Below the pieces are notes generated by a model. The model worked only from the letters and a program-made list of their open reading frames with translations. It did not search any database and was not told the origin of the DNA. The position numbers and the translations under genes were made by a program. From Alphaproteobacteria bacterium (GTDB lineage: Bacteria; Pseudomonadota; Alphaproteobacteria; Bin95), in the NCBI GenBank assembly GCA_963665325.3, contig CAXXWS020000004.1, positions 1 to 64,000 of the forward strand: a stretch of DNA of 64,000 nucleotides, given 5' to 3'. Shown here one piece after another: positions 46,255 through 57,007 of the stretch. The number at the start of each line of letters is the position of its first letter. The stretch's first letter is position 1.

Positions 46255-46497
46255 GTGCTGCCGCCCTTCGGCTGGGACGAGGACCGGCGGCTGCGGCTGC
46301 GCGCGAAGCTGGATGCGCTCTATTTCCACCTCTACGGCGTCACCGACCGCGACGACATCCGCTACATCTACTCCACCTTCCCCATCGTCGAGCGCGAGGA
46401 GATGAAGGTGTGGGGCCGCTATCGCTCGCGCGACCTCTGCCTCGCCTGGACGAGCGCGCTCGCCGCCGGCGATCCCGATGCGGAGATCGACCTGTAG
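46255..46497 (+). pseudogene. C-terminal fragment of a type IIG (Eco57I-like) restriction-modification enzyme
   Basis: PPFGWDEDRRLRLRAKLDALYFHLYG..DDIRYIYSTFPIV..GRYRS, with no upstream remainder of the gene. Confidence 0.7.
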
Positions 46498-46610
46498 GGA
46501 GGCTCCGCCGGAAAGGCCGCGCCCCCGGAAACTGCCGGGTTCACACATCTGTATCGGGCCGCTCCCGTTCTGTGCCCTCATCCGCCACTCCGGCCTCCGA
46601 GCCTCTTCCC

Positions 46611-46694
46611 GTCATGGCCGGACTTGTTCCGGGCATCTTTCTCGGGGCAGTCGCGATGGCGGAAATGGATGGCCGGAACAAGTCCGGCCATGAC
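46611..46694. repeat. REP-like palindromic repeat (alphaproteobacterial type)
   Basis: GTCATGGCCGGACTTGTTCCGGGCATC...GATGGCCGGAACAAGTCCGGCCATGAC; inverted near-copy at 55966-56049. Confidence 0.85.
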
Positions 46695-46902
46695 GACATG
46701 GGGGCCGGACAGGAGGCGGACAGGAGATGCCGCGCGCTGGACAAGCCGGTCCGCATTCCCCAGAGTGGGGCGGCTACTACGCGGTGGACGCAGGGAAAAT
46801 GCCTGCAACGGCAGTCTGGCGGCGCTTGGGAGCGCGCTGGCGGATTGAGGCGTTCATTGCGTTGCGGCGACGTTGTTTCGCCTCAACAGAGGGAGGATAC
46901 TC

Positions 46903-48549
46903 ATGAGGTCGAGAAGACAATTTTCACTTCGTAACCTAGCGATCGGAGCGGCGGCGGCCATCTTGCTCGCCGGCACCGTCTCGGCTCCGGCGCGGGCCGG
47001 CGGCACGCTCAGGGTCGGCATGACCGCCGCGGACATTCCGCTTTCCTGGGGCCAGCCCGACCAAGGCTTCGAGGGTTTCCGCTTCATGGGGCTGATGCTC
47101 TATGACGGGCTCATCAACTGGGACATGAGCTCCGCCGACAAGGCGTCCGGCCTCATTCCCGGGCTCGCCGAAAGCTGGTCGGTGGACGAGGGCGACAAGA
47201 CCAAGTGGACCTTCAAGCTGCGCAAGGGCGTGAAGTTCCATGACGGCTCGGACTTCGACGCCGATGCGGTGCTCTGGAATTTCGACCGGCTGTTCGACAA
47301 GGACTCGCCGCAATACAGCGCGCGCATGGCCTCGCTGGTGAACTTCCGCATTCCCTCGCTCGTCTACGATCCGGACACCAACACGAAGGGATGGAAGAAG
47401 ATCGACTCGCACACGGTCGAGTTCACCACCAAGTCTCCGGACAGCTTCTTCCCCTACCAGATCTGCTACATCCTGCTGTCGAGCCCGGCGCAATTCGAGG
47501 CGACCGGCAGCGACTGGAACAAGTTCGCCCAGAACCCCTCCGGCACGGGGCCGTGGAAGCTGACCCAGATCGTGCCGCGCGAGCGCGCCGAGTTCGTGCC
47601 GTTCAAGGAGCACTGGGACGAGACGCGCCAGCCGAAGCTCGACAAGGTCGTCACGATTCCGATCCCGGACCCGAACGCGCGCACCGCAGCCCTGCTCTCG
47701 GGCCAGGTGGACTGGATCGAGGCGCCGGCGCCGGATGCGATCCCCAGGCTGAAAGAGCGCGACATGGTGATCTCGTCCAACCTCTACCCGCATGTCTGGT
47801 CGTGGCATCTCAGCCGCGTCGAGGGCTCGCCCTGGAACGACATCCGGGTGCGCAAGGCGGCCAACCTCGCCATCGACCGCGACGGCATCCTCTCGCTGCT
47901 CGGCGGCTACGCCGTCAAGGCGAGCGGGCATGTGTCGCCGGCCGACCCGTGGTACGGCTCGCCCAGCTTCGAGCTCCGCTACGATCCCGACGCGGCGAAG
48001 GCGCTGCTGGCGGAAGCCGGCTTCGGGCCCGACAACCCGGTCCAGGTGAAGATGATGATTTCGGCCAGCGGCTCCGGGCAGATGCTGCCCCTGCCGATGA
48101 ACGAATACATGCAGCAGAACCTGAAGGAAGTCGGCATCGAGGTCGAGTTCGAGGTCATGGAGTGGCAGAGCCTGCTGGACCGCTGGCGCGCCGGCGCCAA
48201 GGCCGAACAGGCACAGGGCGCCAATGGCATCAATGTCAGCTACACGACGCAGGATCCCTATAGCAGCTTCACCCGCTTCCTGCGGTGCGACCTGCACGCG
48301 CCGTCCGGCGTGAACTGGGGCTACCACTGCGACGAGGAGATGGACGCCCTGCTCGCCAAGGCGTCGCTCGCCTTCGACGCGAAAGAGCGCGATGAGTGGC
48401 TGGCGAAGGTCCACGCGCGCGAGGTGGACAACGCCCTCTTCCTCTGGGTGGTCCACGATGTGGCGCCGCGGGCGATGACGAAGCAGGTCAAGGGCTTTAT
48501 CCAGGCCCGGAACTGGTTCCAGTCGCTCACCCCGGTCACCATGGACTAG
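46903..48549 (+). CDS. Peptide/nickel ABC transporter substrate-binding protein (family 5)
   Basis: Signal peptide; PGLAESW, LRKGVKFHDG and GTGPW. Confidence 0.95.
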   Translation: MRSRRQFSLRNLAIGAAAAILLAGTVSAPARAGGTLRVGMTAADIPLSWGQPDQGFEGFRFMGLMLYDGLINWDMSSADKASGLIPGLAESWSVDEGDKTKWTFKLRKGVKFHDGSDFDADAVLWNFDRLFDKDSPQYSARMASLVNFRIPSLVYDPDTNTKGWKKIDSHTVEFTTKSPDSFFPYQICYILLSSPAQFEATGSDWNKFAQNPSGTGPWKLTQIVPRERAEFVPFKEHWDETRQPKLDKVVTIPIPDPNARTAALLSGQVDWIEAPAPDAIPRLKERDMVISSNLYPHVWSWHLSRVEGSPWNDIRVRKAANLAIDRDGILSLLGGYAVKASGHVSPADPWYGSPSFELRYDPDAAKALLAEAGFGPDNPVQVKMMISASGSGQMLPLPMNEYMQQNLKEVGIEVEFEVMEWQSLLDRWRAGAKAEQAQGANGINVSYTTQDPYSSFTRFLRCDLHAPSGVNWGYHCDEEMDALLAKASLAFDAKERDEWLAKVHAREVDNALFLWVVHDVAPRAMTKQVKGFIQARNWFQSLTPVTMD

Positions 48550-48564
48550 ACCGGACCCGCGCGC

Positions 48565-48596
48565 GGGGCGGGCGGCCCGCAACGGCCGCCCGCCCC
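48565..48596 (+). other. Intercistronic stem-loop after the SBP gene
   Basis: GGGGCGGGCGGCC-CGCAAC-GGCCGCCCGCCCC with no U tail. Confidence 0.6.
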
Positions 48597-48613
48597 GGCG
48601 TTTGCCGGACCCC

Positions 48614-49567
48614 ATGCTCGAATACATCATCCGCCGCGTCCTCTACGTCATCCCGATCGGCCTCGGGGTGACGGTGCTCGTCTTCGCGCTGGTGCACATG
48701 TCGCCGGGCGACCCGCTGAGCGCGGTCGTGCCGCCGGATGCGCCGGAAGAGATGGTGCAGGAGCTGCGCAAGGCCTACGGTTTCGACAAGCCGCTGCCGA
48801 TCCAGTACTTCACCTGGCTCGGACGGGTGGTGACGGGCGATCTCGGGGTTTCCGTCGCCCGCGGCCGCGAGGTCGTGGACGAGCTTCGCATCGCAGTGCC
48901 CAACACCTTCATCCTGGCGGCGGGGGGAACGCTGCTCGGATTCACCCTCGGCGCGATATTCGGCGGCATCGCCGGCTACTTCCAGGGACGCTGGATCGAC
49001 AAGCTCGCCACCGCCATCGCCATCACCGGGGTCAGCGTGCCGCATTACTGGCTGGGCCTCGTCCTGGTCATCATTTTCTCGGTCGAGATGAACGTGCTGC
49101 CATCCATAGGCATGGGGCCCGGAGGCTCGACCGCCTGGGCGTGGGACGCCGAGCACATGCGCCACCTGGTGCTGCCGGTCGTCACGCTCGCCGTCATCCC
49201 GATGGGGCTGATTACCCGCACGGTGCGCGCCACCGTCGCCGAAATCCTCAACCAGGAATTCGTCCAGGCGCTGCACGCCAAGGGCCTGTTCCAGCGCCAG
49301 GTGCTCATGCATGTGGTGCGCAACGCCGCGCCGACGACGCTGGCGGTGATGGGCCTCCAGCTCGGCTACCTGCTCGGCGGCTCCATCCTGGTCGAGACCG
49401 TGTTCCAGTGGCCGGGCACGGGCTCGCTGCTCAACAGCGCCATCTTCGAGCGCGACCTGCCGCTGCTGCAGGGCACCATCCTGGTGCTCGCCATGTTCTT
49501 CGTGCTGCTGAACCTGCTGGTGGACATCGTCCAGTCGGCCATCGACCCCAGGATGTCGCGCCAGTGA
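48614..49567 (+). CDS. ABC transporter permease (DppB-like)
   Basis: Motifs PGDP, GDLGVS and VETVFQWPG. Confidence 0.95.
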   Translation: MLEYIIRRVLYVIPIGLGVTVLVFALVHMSPGDPLSAVVPPDAPEEMVQELRKAYGFDKPLPIQYFTWLGRVVTGDLGVSVARGREVVDELRIAVPNTFILAAGGTLLGFTLGAIFGGIAGYFQGRWIDKLATAIAITGVSVPHYWLGLVLVIIFSVEMNVLPSIGMGPGGSTAWAWDAEHMRHLVLPVVTLAVIPMGLITRTVRATVAEILNQEFVQALHAKGLFQRQVLMHVVRNAAPTTLAVMGLQLGYLLGGSILVETVFQWPGTGSLLNSAIFERDLPLLQGTILVLAMFFVLLNLLVDIVQSAIDPRMSRQ

Positions 49568-50472
49568 CGAACGCCCGGCCCCTCGACAGCAAGCAGCAGG
49601 CGGTCGTCGATGCCGCCCAGGTCGCGGTGCAGTCGCGCGGCTACTGGACCACGGTGGGAGGGCGCATCCGCGACGACAAGGTGACGATCGTGTGCGGGCT
49701 CGTCGTGCTGCTCATCATCTTCTCCGCCGTGTTCGCGGACCTGATCGCGCTCGCCGACCCCTACAAGGCGAGCATGCTGAAGCGCCTCGCCGAGATCGGC
49801 GCGCCCGGATATCCGCTCGGCGCGGACGAGATGGGCCGGGACATGATGACCCGCCTGCTCTATGGCGGGCGGCTCTCGCTGTTCATGGGCATCAGCCCCA
49901 TCGTCATCGCGCTGGCCATCGGCGGCACCCTCGGCCTCATCGCAGGCTTCCTCGGGGGCCGGGTGAACATGCTCATCATGCGCCTGATGGACGTGTTCTA
50001 CGCCTTCCCCTCCGTGCTGCTGGCGGTCGCTATCTCGGGCGCGCTGGGCGCCGGTATCGGCAACGCCATCGTGTCACTGACGCTGGTATTCATTCCGCCG
50101 ATCACGCGCGTGACCGAGAGCGTCACCACCCAGGTGCGCTCGCTGGACTATGTGGAGGCGGCCCGCGCGAGCGGCGCCGGCAGCCTCACCATCATCCGGG
50201 TGCATGTGCTGAGCAACGTGCTGGGGCCGGTCTTCATCTATTCGACGAGCCTCATCAGCGTCAGCATCATCCTGGCATCGGGCTTGAGCTTCCTCGGCCT
50301 CGGCACCGAGCCGCCGGAGCCGGAATGGGGGCTCATGCTCAACACCCTCAGGCAGTCGATCTACGTCAATCCCTGGGTCGCGGCCCTGCCCGGCGTAATG
50401 ATCTTCTTCACCTCGCTGTCCTTCAACCTGCTGAGCGACGGGCTCAGAGGCGCCATGGACGTGCGGCTGTGA
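49564..50472 (+). CDS. ABC transporter permease (DppC-like)
   Basis: Motifs LGADEMGRD, YVEAARASGA and LSFLGLG. Confidence 0.95.
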   Translation: MTNARPLDSKQQAVVDAAQVAVQSRGYWTTVGGRIRDDKVTIVCGLVVLLIIFSAVFADLIALADPYKASMLKRLAEIGAPGYPLGADEMGRDMMTRLLYGGRLSLFMGISPIVIALAIGGTLGLIAGFLGGRVNMLIMRLMDVFYAFPSVLLAVAISGALGAGIGNAIVSLTLVFIPPITRVTESVTTQVRSLDYVEAARASGAGSLTIIRVHVLSNVLGPVFIYSTSLISVSIILASGLSFLGLGTEPPEPEWGLMLNTLRQSIYVNPWVAALPGVMIFFTSLSFNLLSDGLRGAMDVRL

Positions 50473-51527
50473 ACGCGCGCCCGGACAATGCGGGCGGCGG
50501 CGCTACCGCGCTGCTCGAAGTCCGCGACCTCCGGAAATATTTCCCGGTGCGCGGCGGCATCCTCAACCGCGCCGTGGCCTGGGTGCAGGCGGTGGACGAT
50601 ATCGACCTCGACGTGCTGCCGGGCGAGGTGCTGGGCATTGTCGGCGAGTCGGGCTGCGGGAAATCGACGACGGCGCGCCTGCTCATGCACCTCATCCGCG
50701 CCGATGCCGGCCGCATCGTCTTCGACGGCGAGCCCGTCCAGCCGGACGACGCGGCGGGCCTGCGCGAGCTCCGCCGCCAGATGCAGATGGTGTTCCAGGA
50801 CTCCTACTCCTCCCTCAACCCGCGCCTGCCCATCGAGGACACGATCATGTTCGGGCCGAAGGTCCACGGCGTGTCGTCGGCCGAAGCGCGCGAGCGGGCG
50901 CGGGAGCTGTTCTCGCTGGTGGGGCTGGACCCGGCGCAGTTCATCCGGCGCTACCCGCACGAGCTTTCCGGCGGGCAGCGCCAGCGGGTGAATATCGCCC
51001 GCGCGCTCGCGCTGGAACCCAGGCTGCTCATCCTCGACGAGGCGGTCTCCGCGCTCGACAAGTCGGTGGAGGCGCAGGTGCTGAACCTGCTGCTGACGCT
51101 TCGCCGCGAGCTCGGCCTCACCTACATCTTCATCTCGCACGACCTCAATGTCGTGCAGTATATGAGCGACCGGGTGCTGGTGATGTATCTCGGCAAGGTG
51201 GTCGAGATCGGCCCGACGGCCGAAATCTACCGGCGCATGCAGCATCCCTATACCGAGGCGCTGCTCTCCGCCATGCCGTCGATGGACCCCGACCGGCGCA
51301 CCGAGACCCCGCCGCTGGTGGGCGACCCGCCGAACCCCATCGACCCGCCGCCCGGATGTCGTTTCCACACGCGATGCCGCTTCGCAGAGGATGTCTGCCG
51401 CCGCGCCGAGCCGCCCCTCGGGCCGGCGGCCGGGCAGGAAGCGGCGAACGGGCAGGGAGCGGATCATCTCGTCGCCTGCCACATGCGCGTGGCGGCCTCC
51501 GGTCACAGCCTTGCGCCGGCCGGGTAG
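50469..51527 (+). CDS. ABC transporter ATP-binding protein (DppF-like)
   Basis: Motifs GESGCGKS, YPHELSGGQRQR and GCRFHTRC. Confidence 0.95.
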   Translation: MNARPDNAGGGATALLEVRDLRKYFPVRGGILNRAVAWVQAVDDIDLDVLPGEVLGIVGESGCGKSTTARLLMHLIRADAGRIVFDGEPVQPDDAAGLRELRRQMQMVFQDSYSSLNPRLPIEDTIMFGPKVHGVSSAEARERARELFSLVGLDPAQFIRRYPHELSGGQRQRVNIARALALEPRLLILDEAVSALDKSVEAQVLNLLLTLRRELGLTYIFISHDLNVVQYMSDRVLVMYLGKVVEIGPTAEIYRRMQHPYTEALLSAMPSMDPDRRTETPPLVGDPPNPIDPPPGCRFHTRCRFAEDVCRRAEPPLGPAAGQEAANGQGADHLVACHMRVAASGHSLAPAG

Positions 51528-51531
51528 CGCG

Positions 51532-52509
51532 ATGACGGCGCCCGCAGCAGCCGAACCCGTCGTCCGCGCCGAGGACGTGGCCGTCAGCTTCGTCGGCCGC
51601 GACGCCACCGTGAACGCGGTGAACGGCGTGTCCTTCACGCTCGACCCCGGCGAGGTGCTCTGCATTCTCGGCGAATCGGGCTCCGGCAAGAGCGTTACTT
51701 TGCGCGCGCTCATGCGCCTCCTCCCCTCCCGCCGGGCGCGGCTCTCCGGAAGCATCGAAATCTCGGGGCTGGACGTGATGGCGATGAGCGACCGGGCGCT
51801 CGCGGACCTGCGCGGCACCGAGGTCGGCATGATCTTCCAGGAGCCGATGGTGGCGTTCGACCCGGTCTATACGGTCGGCACGCAGATCACCGAAACCATC
51901 GTCCGCCACGAGGGGGTGAGTCGCGAACAGGCCCGGCGCCGCGCGCTCGACCTGCTCGACCGGGTGCGTATCCCCTCGCCCGAGCGGCGGCTGCGCGCCT
52001 ATCCGCACGAGCTTTCGGGCGGGATGCGCCAGCGCGCGATGATCGCGCTCGCGCTCAGCTGCCAGCCGAGGCTGCTGCTGGCCGACGAGCCGACGACCGC
52101 GCTCGATGCGACGGTGCAGATCCAGATACTCCTGCTGCTGCGCGAGTTGCAGCGGGAACTCGGCATGGCCGTCATCTTCGTCACCCACGATGTGGGCGTG
52201 GCGGTCGAGATCGCCGACCGGATCGCAGTGATGTATGGCGGCAAGTTCGTCGAGACCGGCCCGGTGCGCGAGATCATGGGCAATCCCCGGCACCCCTATA
52301 CCCAGGGGCTGCTGGCCTCGACCGTCCACAGCGCATCTCGCGGCCAGACGCTGGAGGCCATTCCGGGATCGCCGCCGGACATGACGCAGCTTCCGCCGGG
52401 CTGCGCTTTCGCGCCCCGCTGCCGTTTCGCCGAGCCCGCGTGCGAGTCCCCGCCCGCCGCCACCCAACTATCGCCGGACCACATGGTGCGCTGCATCCGC
52501 GCGGCGTAA
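51532..52509 (+). CDS. ABC transporter ATP-binding protein (DppD-like)
   Basis: Motifs GESGSGKS, LSGGMRQR and DEPTTALD. Confidence 0.95.
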   Translation: MTAPAAAEPVVRAEDVAVSFVGRDATVNAVNGVSFTLDPGEVLCILGESGSGKSVTLRALMRLLPSRRARLSGSIEISGLDVMAMSDRALADLRGTEVGMIFQEPMVAFDPVYTVGTQITETIVRHEGVSREQARRRALDLLDRVRIPSPERRLRAYPHELSGGMRQRAMIALALSCQPRLLLADEPTTALDATVQIQILLLLRELQRELGMAVIFVTHDVGVAVEIADRIAVMYGGKFVETGPVREIMGNPRHPYTQGLLASTVHSASRGQTLEAIPGSPPDMTQLPPGCAFAPRCRFAEPACESPPAATQLSPDHMVRCIRAA

Positions 52510-52575
52510 AGCGCGGCGCGGCCCAGCTTATCGCAAGCCTTCGGCGCAGGCCGTGACCCTGGTGAGAAATGCCGG

Positions 52576-53403
52576 CTAGTGGTAGGGGCGATCACCCTTG
52601 ATGGTCACGCGCACCCCGCTTCTCGTCTCGGGATAGTAGTCCCAGGTCGCATGGTGCTGCGTGCAACGGTTGTCCCACATGGCGATCGAGTTCTTCTGCC
52701 ACCGGAACCGGCACTGGAACTCCGGCTTGGCGTTGTGCGCATAGAGGAACTCGAGCAGCGCATTGCTCTCCGTCTGCGTCATGCCCACGATATTCTGCGT
52801 GAAGGGCTGGTTCACATAGATGAGCTTGCGGCCGGTTTCGGGATGGGTGCGGATCACCGGGTGTATAGCGTGCGGATGCTCCTCCCGGCGCAGGCCGCCG
52901 CCGATCTGCTCGTAGCGGTTGCGATGCACCTCGGCGGTGTGCAGCGCCTGCAATGGGTCGAGGACGTTCTTCATGGTGTCGGAGAGAGCATCGTAGGCGG
53001 CGTACATGTTTGCGAACAACGTGTCGCCGCCGACCGACGGCACCGTGCTCAGGTGCAGGATGCTCGCCATCGGAGGCTCTTCGTCCGCGCTCACGTCGGT
53101 GTGCCAGGCGGTGCCCTCGGCGAAGGGCGAGGTCCCATCGGCGTGGATCTTCATGAGTTCCTGCCGATCGTCCACGCATGGCGCGGAGGGGTGGATGTGG
53201 AGTTCGCCGAAGCGGCGGCCGAACGCCACATGCTGTTCGTGGTCGATGTCCTGGTCGCGGAAGAAGAGCACGAGGTGCTCGAGCAGCCCTCCGTGCAGCG
53301 TGCGGAACGCCTCGTCGTCGAGCGGCTCCCGCAGGTCCACGCCATGCACTTCTGCACCGATATGGCGGGTGAGCGGCCTGAACTCGATCGTGTCGTTTCT
53401 CAT
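52576..53403 (-). CDS. TauD/TfdA family Fe(II)/2-oxoglutarate dioxygenase
   Basis: Motifs WHTD, GGDTLF, HPVIRTHPETG and WDNRCTQH. Confidence 0.93.
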   Translation of the reverse strand: MRNDTIEFRPLTRHIGAEVHGVDLREPLDDEAFRTLHGGLLEHLVLFFRDQDIDHEQHVAFGRRFGELHIHPSAPCVDDRQELMKIHADGTSPFAEGTAWHTDVSADEEPPMASILHLSTVPSVGGDTLFANMYAAYDALSDTMKNVLDPLQALHTAEVHRNRYEQIGGGLRREEHPHAIHPVIRTHPETGRKLIYVNQPFTQNIVGMTQTESNALLEFLYAHNAKPEFQCRFRWQKNSIAMWDNRCTQHHATWDYYPETRSGVRVTIKGDRPYH

Positions 53404-53480
53404 TCTTTCCTCCCTTTGCGAACGGACACACCGGTGCCCGCAATCATGCGCAAGCCCGCATGCATGCGTCAATCCGGATT

Positions 53481-54908
53481 TCAGCCCGCGTGTATGGACG
53501 GGCGGCGATGGGCCCAGGGCGCGGCCTGCTCCAGCGCCGAGGCGACCCGGAACAGGGCCGCTTCGTCGCCGTAGGGCGCGACGAACTGGACGCCGATGGG
53601 CAGACCGTCCCCGTTCCAGTGCAGCGGAACGGAGGCGGCCGGATTGCCGGATGCATTGAACACCGAGGTGAAGGCGATGGTGCGCATGACATCGCGCCAT
53701 TGCGCCTCGGCGTCTTCGCGCGAGGGCGAGAGCAGCCCGAGCGGCATGGGAGGAACAGGCATGGTGGGCGTGATGAGAAGGTCGAAATCCACGAAGAACC
53801 GCGCCACGAGCCGGCCGAGCGCATGGATACCGTTGAGGGCGCGCACATAGTCGGCGCCGGTGCTGCGGTCGCGCCGCGCCATTGCGAGGTTGTTCTTCTC
53901 CACATCCTCCCCGGTTGCCGGGCGGCCGAGGCCTTGCTCGACCAGTTCCACCGTCTCGCGCGTATTGCTGTAGATGATCTGCATGTCGGCATCGAGCAGC
54001 GCACGGGGAATCGGAAGGCTCGCCTCCTCTACCTCGAGGCCCAGTCCCCGGCACAGGCCCGCCGCTCTGTCGACGGCCTCCAGGCAGTCGGGATGCGTCC
54101 CGACGCCGAACCAGGCCTCGCGGACGACCGCGACCTTCATTCCGGCGACATCCCTGCCCAGTTCTTCCACAAACGGCCGCTGCGGCGGCTCGGCCCAGTA
54201 GGGCGCGCCGACATCGGGGCCCGCCGTGCAGTCGAGAAGCAAAGCGCTGTCGCGCACACTCCTCGAAACGGCGTGAACGGTCGCGAGGCCGGACCAGCCC
54301 TCGCCAACGAGGGGACCCATGGGATTGCGGCCGCGCGACGGCTTCAGCCCGAACAGCCCCGTGCAGGACGCGGGCACGCGGATCGAGCCGCCGCCGTCGG
54401 AGGCATTCGCGATCGGCAGCACGCCAGCCGCCACCATGCTGGACGCCCCGCCCGACGAGCCTCCCGACGTCAGCTCCGGGTTCCAGGGGTTGCGCGTCAT
54501 GCCGTGGAGCGCGGATTCCGTGGTCGTGGAGAGGCCGAATTCCGGCGAGGCCGTCCGCCCGAATATGCTGAGTCCGGCGGCCTTGTAGCGGCTGACCATC
54601 TCGCCGTCCTGCCCGGCGACCTTTCCCGCCAGCGCGCGGCAGCCATTGCTCTGCTTCTGCCCTTCATAGTCCTGGTAGAGGTCCTTAAGGAGGAACGGGA
54701 CGCCGTGCAGGGGGCCACGGGGCAAGCCCTCGCGGGCGCGGACCCTGGCGTGGTCGTACCACGGATAGACGAGCGCATTGAGCCGGGGATTGACGCGCTC
54801 GGCCCGCTCGATCGCCTCCTCCAGAACTTCCGGAGCCGAAACTTCTCCACGAGCGACCAGATCTGCAAGATCCGTCGCATCGAGATCGGCATAACCCTGA
54901 ATCGCCAT
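53481..54908 (-). CDS. Amidase (amidase-signature family)
   Basis: Motifs GVPFLLKD, GGSSGG and SDGGGSIRVPAS. Confidence 0.95.
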   Translation of the reverse strand: MAIQGYADLDATDLADLVARGEVSAPEVLEEAIERAERVNPRLNALVYPWYDHARVRAREGLPRGPLHGVPFLLKDLYQDYEGQKQSNGCRALAGKVAGQDGEMVSRYKAAGLSIFGRTASPEFGLSTTTESALHGMTRNPWNPELTSGGSSGGASSMVAAGVLPIANASDGGGSIRVPASCTGLFGLKPSRGRNPMGPLVGEGWSGLATVHAVSRSVRDSALLLDCTAGPDVGAPYWAEPPQRPFVEELGRDVAGMKVAVVREAWFGVGTHPDCLEAVDRAAGLCRGLGLEVEEASLPIPRALLDADMQIIYSNTRETVELVEQGLGRPATGEDVEKNNLAMARRDRSTGADYVRALNGIHALGRLVARFFVDFDLLITPTMPVPPMPLGLLSPSREDAEAQWRDVMRTIAFTSVFNASGNPAASVPLHWNGDGLPIGVQFVAPYGDEAALFRVASALEQAAPWAHRRPSIHAG

Positions 54909-54971
54909 CGGTCTCTCCCGCTAAAGCACGGTCCGTTCGAGTTGAAACGAAGTCGAACGTGCAGTCTCAAC

Positions 54972-55075
54972 TGTCACCCCGGACGGAGCGCAGCGGAGAT
55001 CCGGGGCCCAGCCTACCGGGACTTCACCAGGTTTCGAAGGCGGTTCTGGACCCCGGCTCGTGGGCCGGGGTGACG
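54972..55075. repeat. REP-like palindromic element, second family
   Basis: GTCACCCCGG...CCGGGGCCCAG and CTGGACCCCGGC...GCCGGGGTGAC arms. Confidence 0.6.
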
Positions 55076-55251
55076 GTTTTGGGTTCGGTCCCGATTGCAA
55101 TTCAATCCGGATGGATTCCGCTCTAAAGACACCGGTTGCGTCGGCGCGATTGTAGCGCGGCGAGGTGCGGCATCCGAAGATTGTCAGGCAAGTCGGGACC
55201 CCGGAGCAAACACCGCTATAGTGCCGCCGCCATCGAGGGGAGGCGCTTCGC

Positions 55252-55896
55252 ATGAGGCTCAAGGGACAAGTCGTTCCCGTTACGCCGTTCCAGCAGAACT
55301 GCTCGATCGTCTGGTCGGAGGCGACCATGACGGGCGCAGTTATCGATCCCGGCGGGGACCTGCCGCGCATCCGCGCCGCCGTCGAGGAGCAGGGCGTGAC
55401 GGTCGAGAAGATCCTGCTGACCCACGGCCATGTCGATCACGCCGCCGGCGCAGGCACGCTCGCTGCCGAGCTGGGCGTGCCCATCGAGGGTCCGCACGAG
55501 GCCGACCGGTTCCTGATCGAGGGCCTGCCGGAGCAGGCGGAGCAGTTCGGCTTCGGGCCCGCCATTGCGTTCGAGCCGGCGCGTTGGCTCGACGAGGGCG
55601 ATGAGGTGACGGTCTCCGACCTGGTGCTGGAAGTGCGCCACTGCCCCGGCCACACGCCGGGCCATGTGATCTTCTTCCACCGCCCGTCGAACCTGGCCGT
55701 GGTGGGCGACGTGCTGTTTCAGGGCTCCATCGGGCGCACCGACCTGCCCGGCGGCGACCATGCCGCGCTGATCCGCTCGATCCGCACCAGGCTCTGGCCG
55801 CTCGGCTCTGATATCACCTTCCTGCCGGGGCACGGGCCGATGTCCACTTTCGCTGCCGAAAGGGCCGGAAACCCCTTCGTCGGCGACGGCGTCTAG
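55252..55896 (+). CDS. MBL-fold metallo-hydrolase (YcbL/GloC-like)
   Basis: Motifs THGHVDH, PGHTPGH and GDVLFQGSIGRTD. Confidence 0.92.
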   Translation: MRLKGQVVPVTPFQQNCSIVWSEATMTGAVIDPGGDLPRIRAAVEEQGVTVEKILLTHGHVDHAAGAGTLAAELGVPIEGPHEADRFLIEGLPEQAEQFGFGPAIAFEPARWLDEGDEVTVSDLVLEVRHCPGHTPGHVIFFHRPSNLAVVGDVLFQGSIGRTDLPGGDHAALIRSIRTRLWPLGSDITFLPGHGPMSTFAAERAGNPFVGDGV

Positions 55897-55965
55897 TGTC
55901 CCGTTTCCGGAGTTCGCGGGCCGTTGCCCGAGGCTCCCCATCCCGTCTCGGCCGGTCCCCATGTC

Positions 55966-56049
55966 GTCATGGCCGGACTTGTTCCGGCCATCCACTTTCG
56001 CCACCGCAACTGCCCCGAGGGAGATGCCCGGAACAAGTCCGGGCATGAC
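55966..56049. repeat. REP-like palindromic repeat
   Basis: Inverted near-copy of 46611-46694, between convergent genes. Confidence 0.85.
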
Positions 56050-56072
56050 GGAGGAGCGGCCGGTCCGGGCTG

Positions 56073-56594
56073 CTATTCCTCCAGCTTGAGGCCGGGGATG
56101 CCGAGCTTCCCGGTGCGCTCGATCTTGGCCACGATGCGCGCATCGTGGCGGAACCACTGGCCCGCCTCCTTGTCCGGATTGGCCTTGGCCCATTCCTTAA
56201 CGAACCAGTTGCCGCGCGCCCACTTGCCGTCCGGGTCTGCCGATTTCTTGAACTGGACGGCGAACATGGGCAGCTTCGGGTTCTCGATCAGCAGGCCGTC
56301 CACCACCGTCTTCTGGCCACAGAAGGGCAGCAGGTCGGCCTGCGTGCCGGCGAAGGGGTCGAAGTTCTTGGCTGCCGGGATAAGGCGGCCTTCTTCGGTG
56401 AGCAATCCAAGCTGGCGCTTGCCGCCGCCGCAATTGTCGGGGCAGTCGTCGGTCAGCTCGCAGACGATATCGACGACGGTCACAGTCAACCGCGCCTTCT
56501 CCTCATATTCGATGCCCCACTCCTCTGCGGCAACAGCGGGACCGGCCATCATCGCAAGGCCCAAAAGGGCGGACAGAATACGCATAGCGTTCAC
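56073..56594 (-). CDS. Exported Cys-containing hypothetical protein
   Basis: Signal peptide; VDIVCELTDDCPDNCGGG; overlaps the upstream stop. Confidence 0.8.
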   Translation of the reverse strand: MNAMRILSALLGLAMMAGPAVAAEEWGIEYEEKARLTVTVVDIVCELTDDCPDNCGGGKRQLGLLTEEGRLIPAAKNFDPFAGTQADLLPFCGQKTVVDGLLIENPKLPMFAVQFKKSADPDGKWARGNWFVKEWAKANPDKEAGQWFRHDARIVAKIERTGKLGIPGLKLEE

Positions 56595-57007
56595 TCCCCG
56601 AACGGCATGATGCCGTATTCTTCGTGGGTCAGGTTGACGACGCCGCCGTCCTCGGCGACCTGCGTCACGATCAGGTAGTTGACGCCGTCGCGCTTGTAGA
56701 GGTCGCCGTCCACCGTCACCTTGTGGGACTGGATGTCGATGACGCGCGGATTGTCCACCGGGTCCTCGTCCTCGATGCGCAGCACCATATAGACCTGCCC
56801 GTCATCGCCCTTGATGGAGACCGGGATGCCGCCCACCGCGCACCAGACCGCGCACTGGTGATGCGCGGTACCTTCCGCGAACATAATCTCCGTGACATAG
56901 CACCAGGTGTCGATGACCTCGCCGGCGACGCGGACGCGCTCCGGCGTGGCGGCTTGCGCCCCGGAAACGCAGGCGAGCGCCAGAATTCCCGCCAGCAATG
57001 CCTTCAT
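56591..57007 (-). CDS. Exported Cys/His-containing hypothetical protein
   Basis: Signal peptide; GEVIDTWCY...HHQCAVWCAVGGIP. Confidence 0.8.
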   Translation of the reverse strand: MKALLAGILALACVSGAQAATPERVRVAGEVIDTWCYVTEIMFAEGTAHHQCAVWCAVGGIPVSIKGDDGQVYMVLRIEDEDPVDNPRVIDIQSHKVTVDGDLYKRDGVNYLIVTQVAEDGGVVNLTHEEYGIMPFGE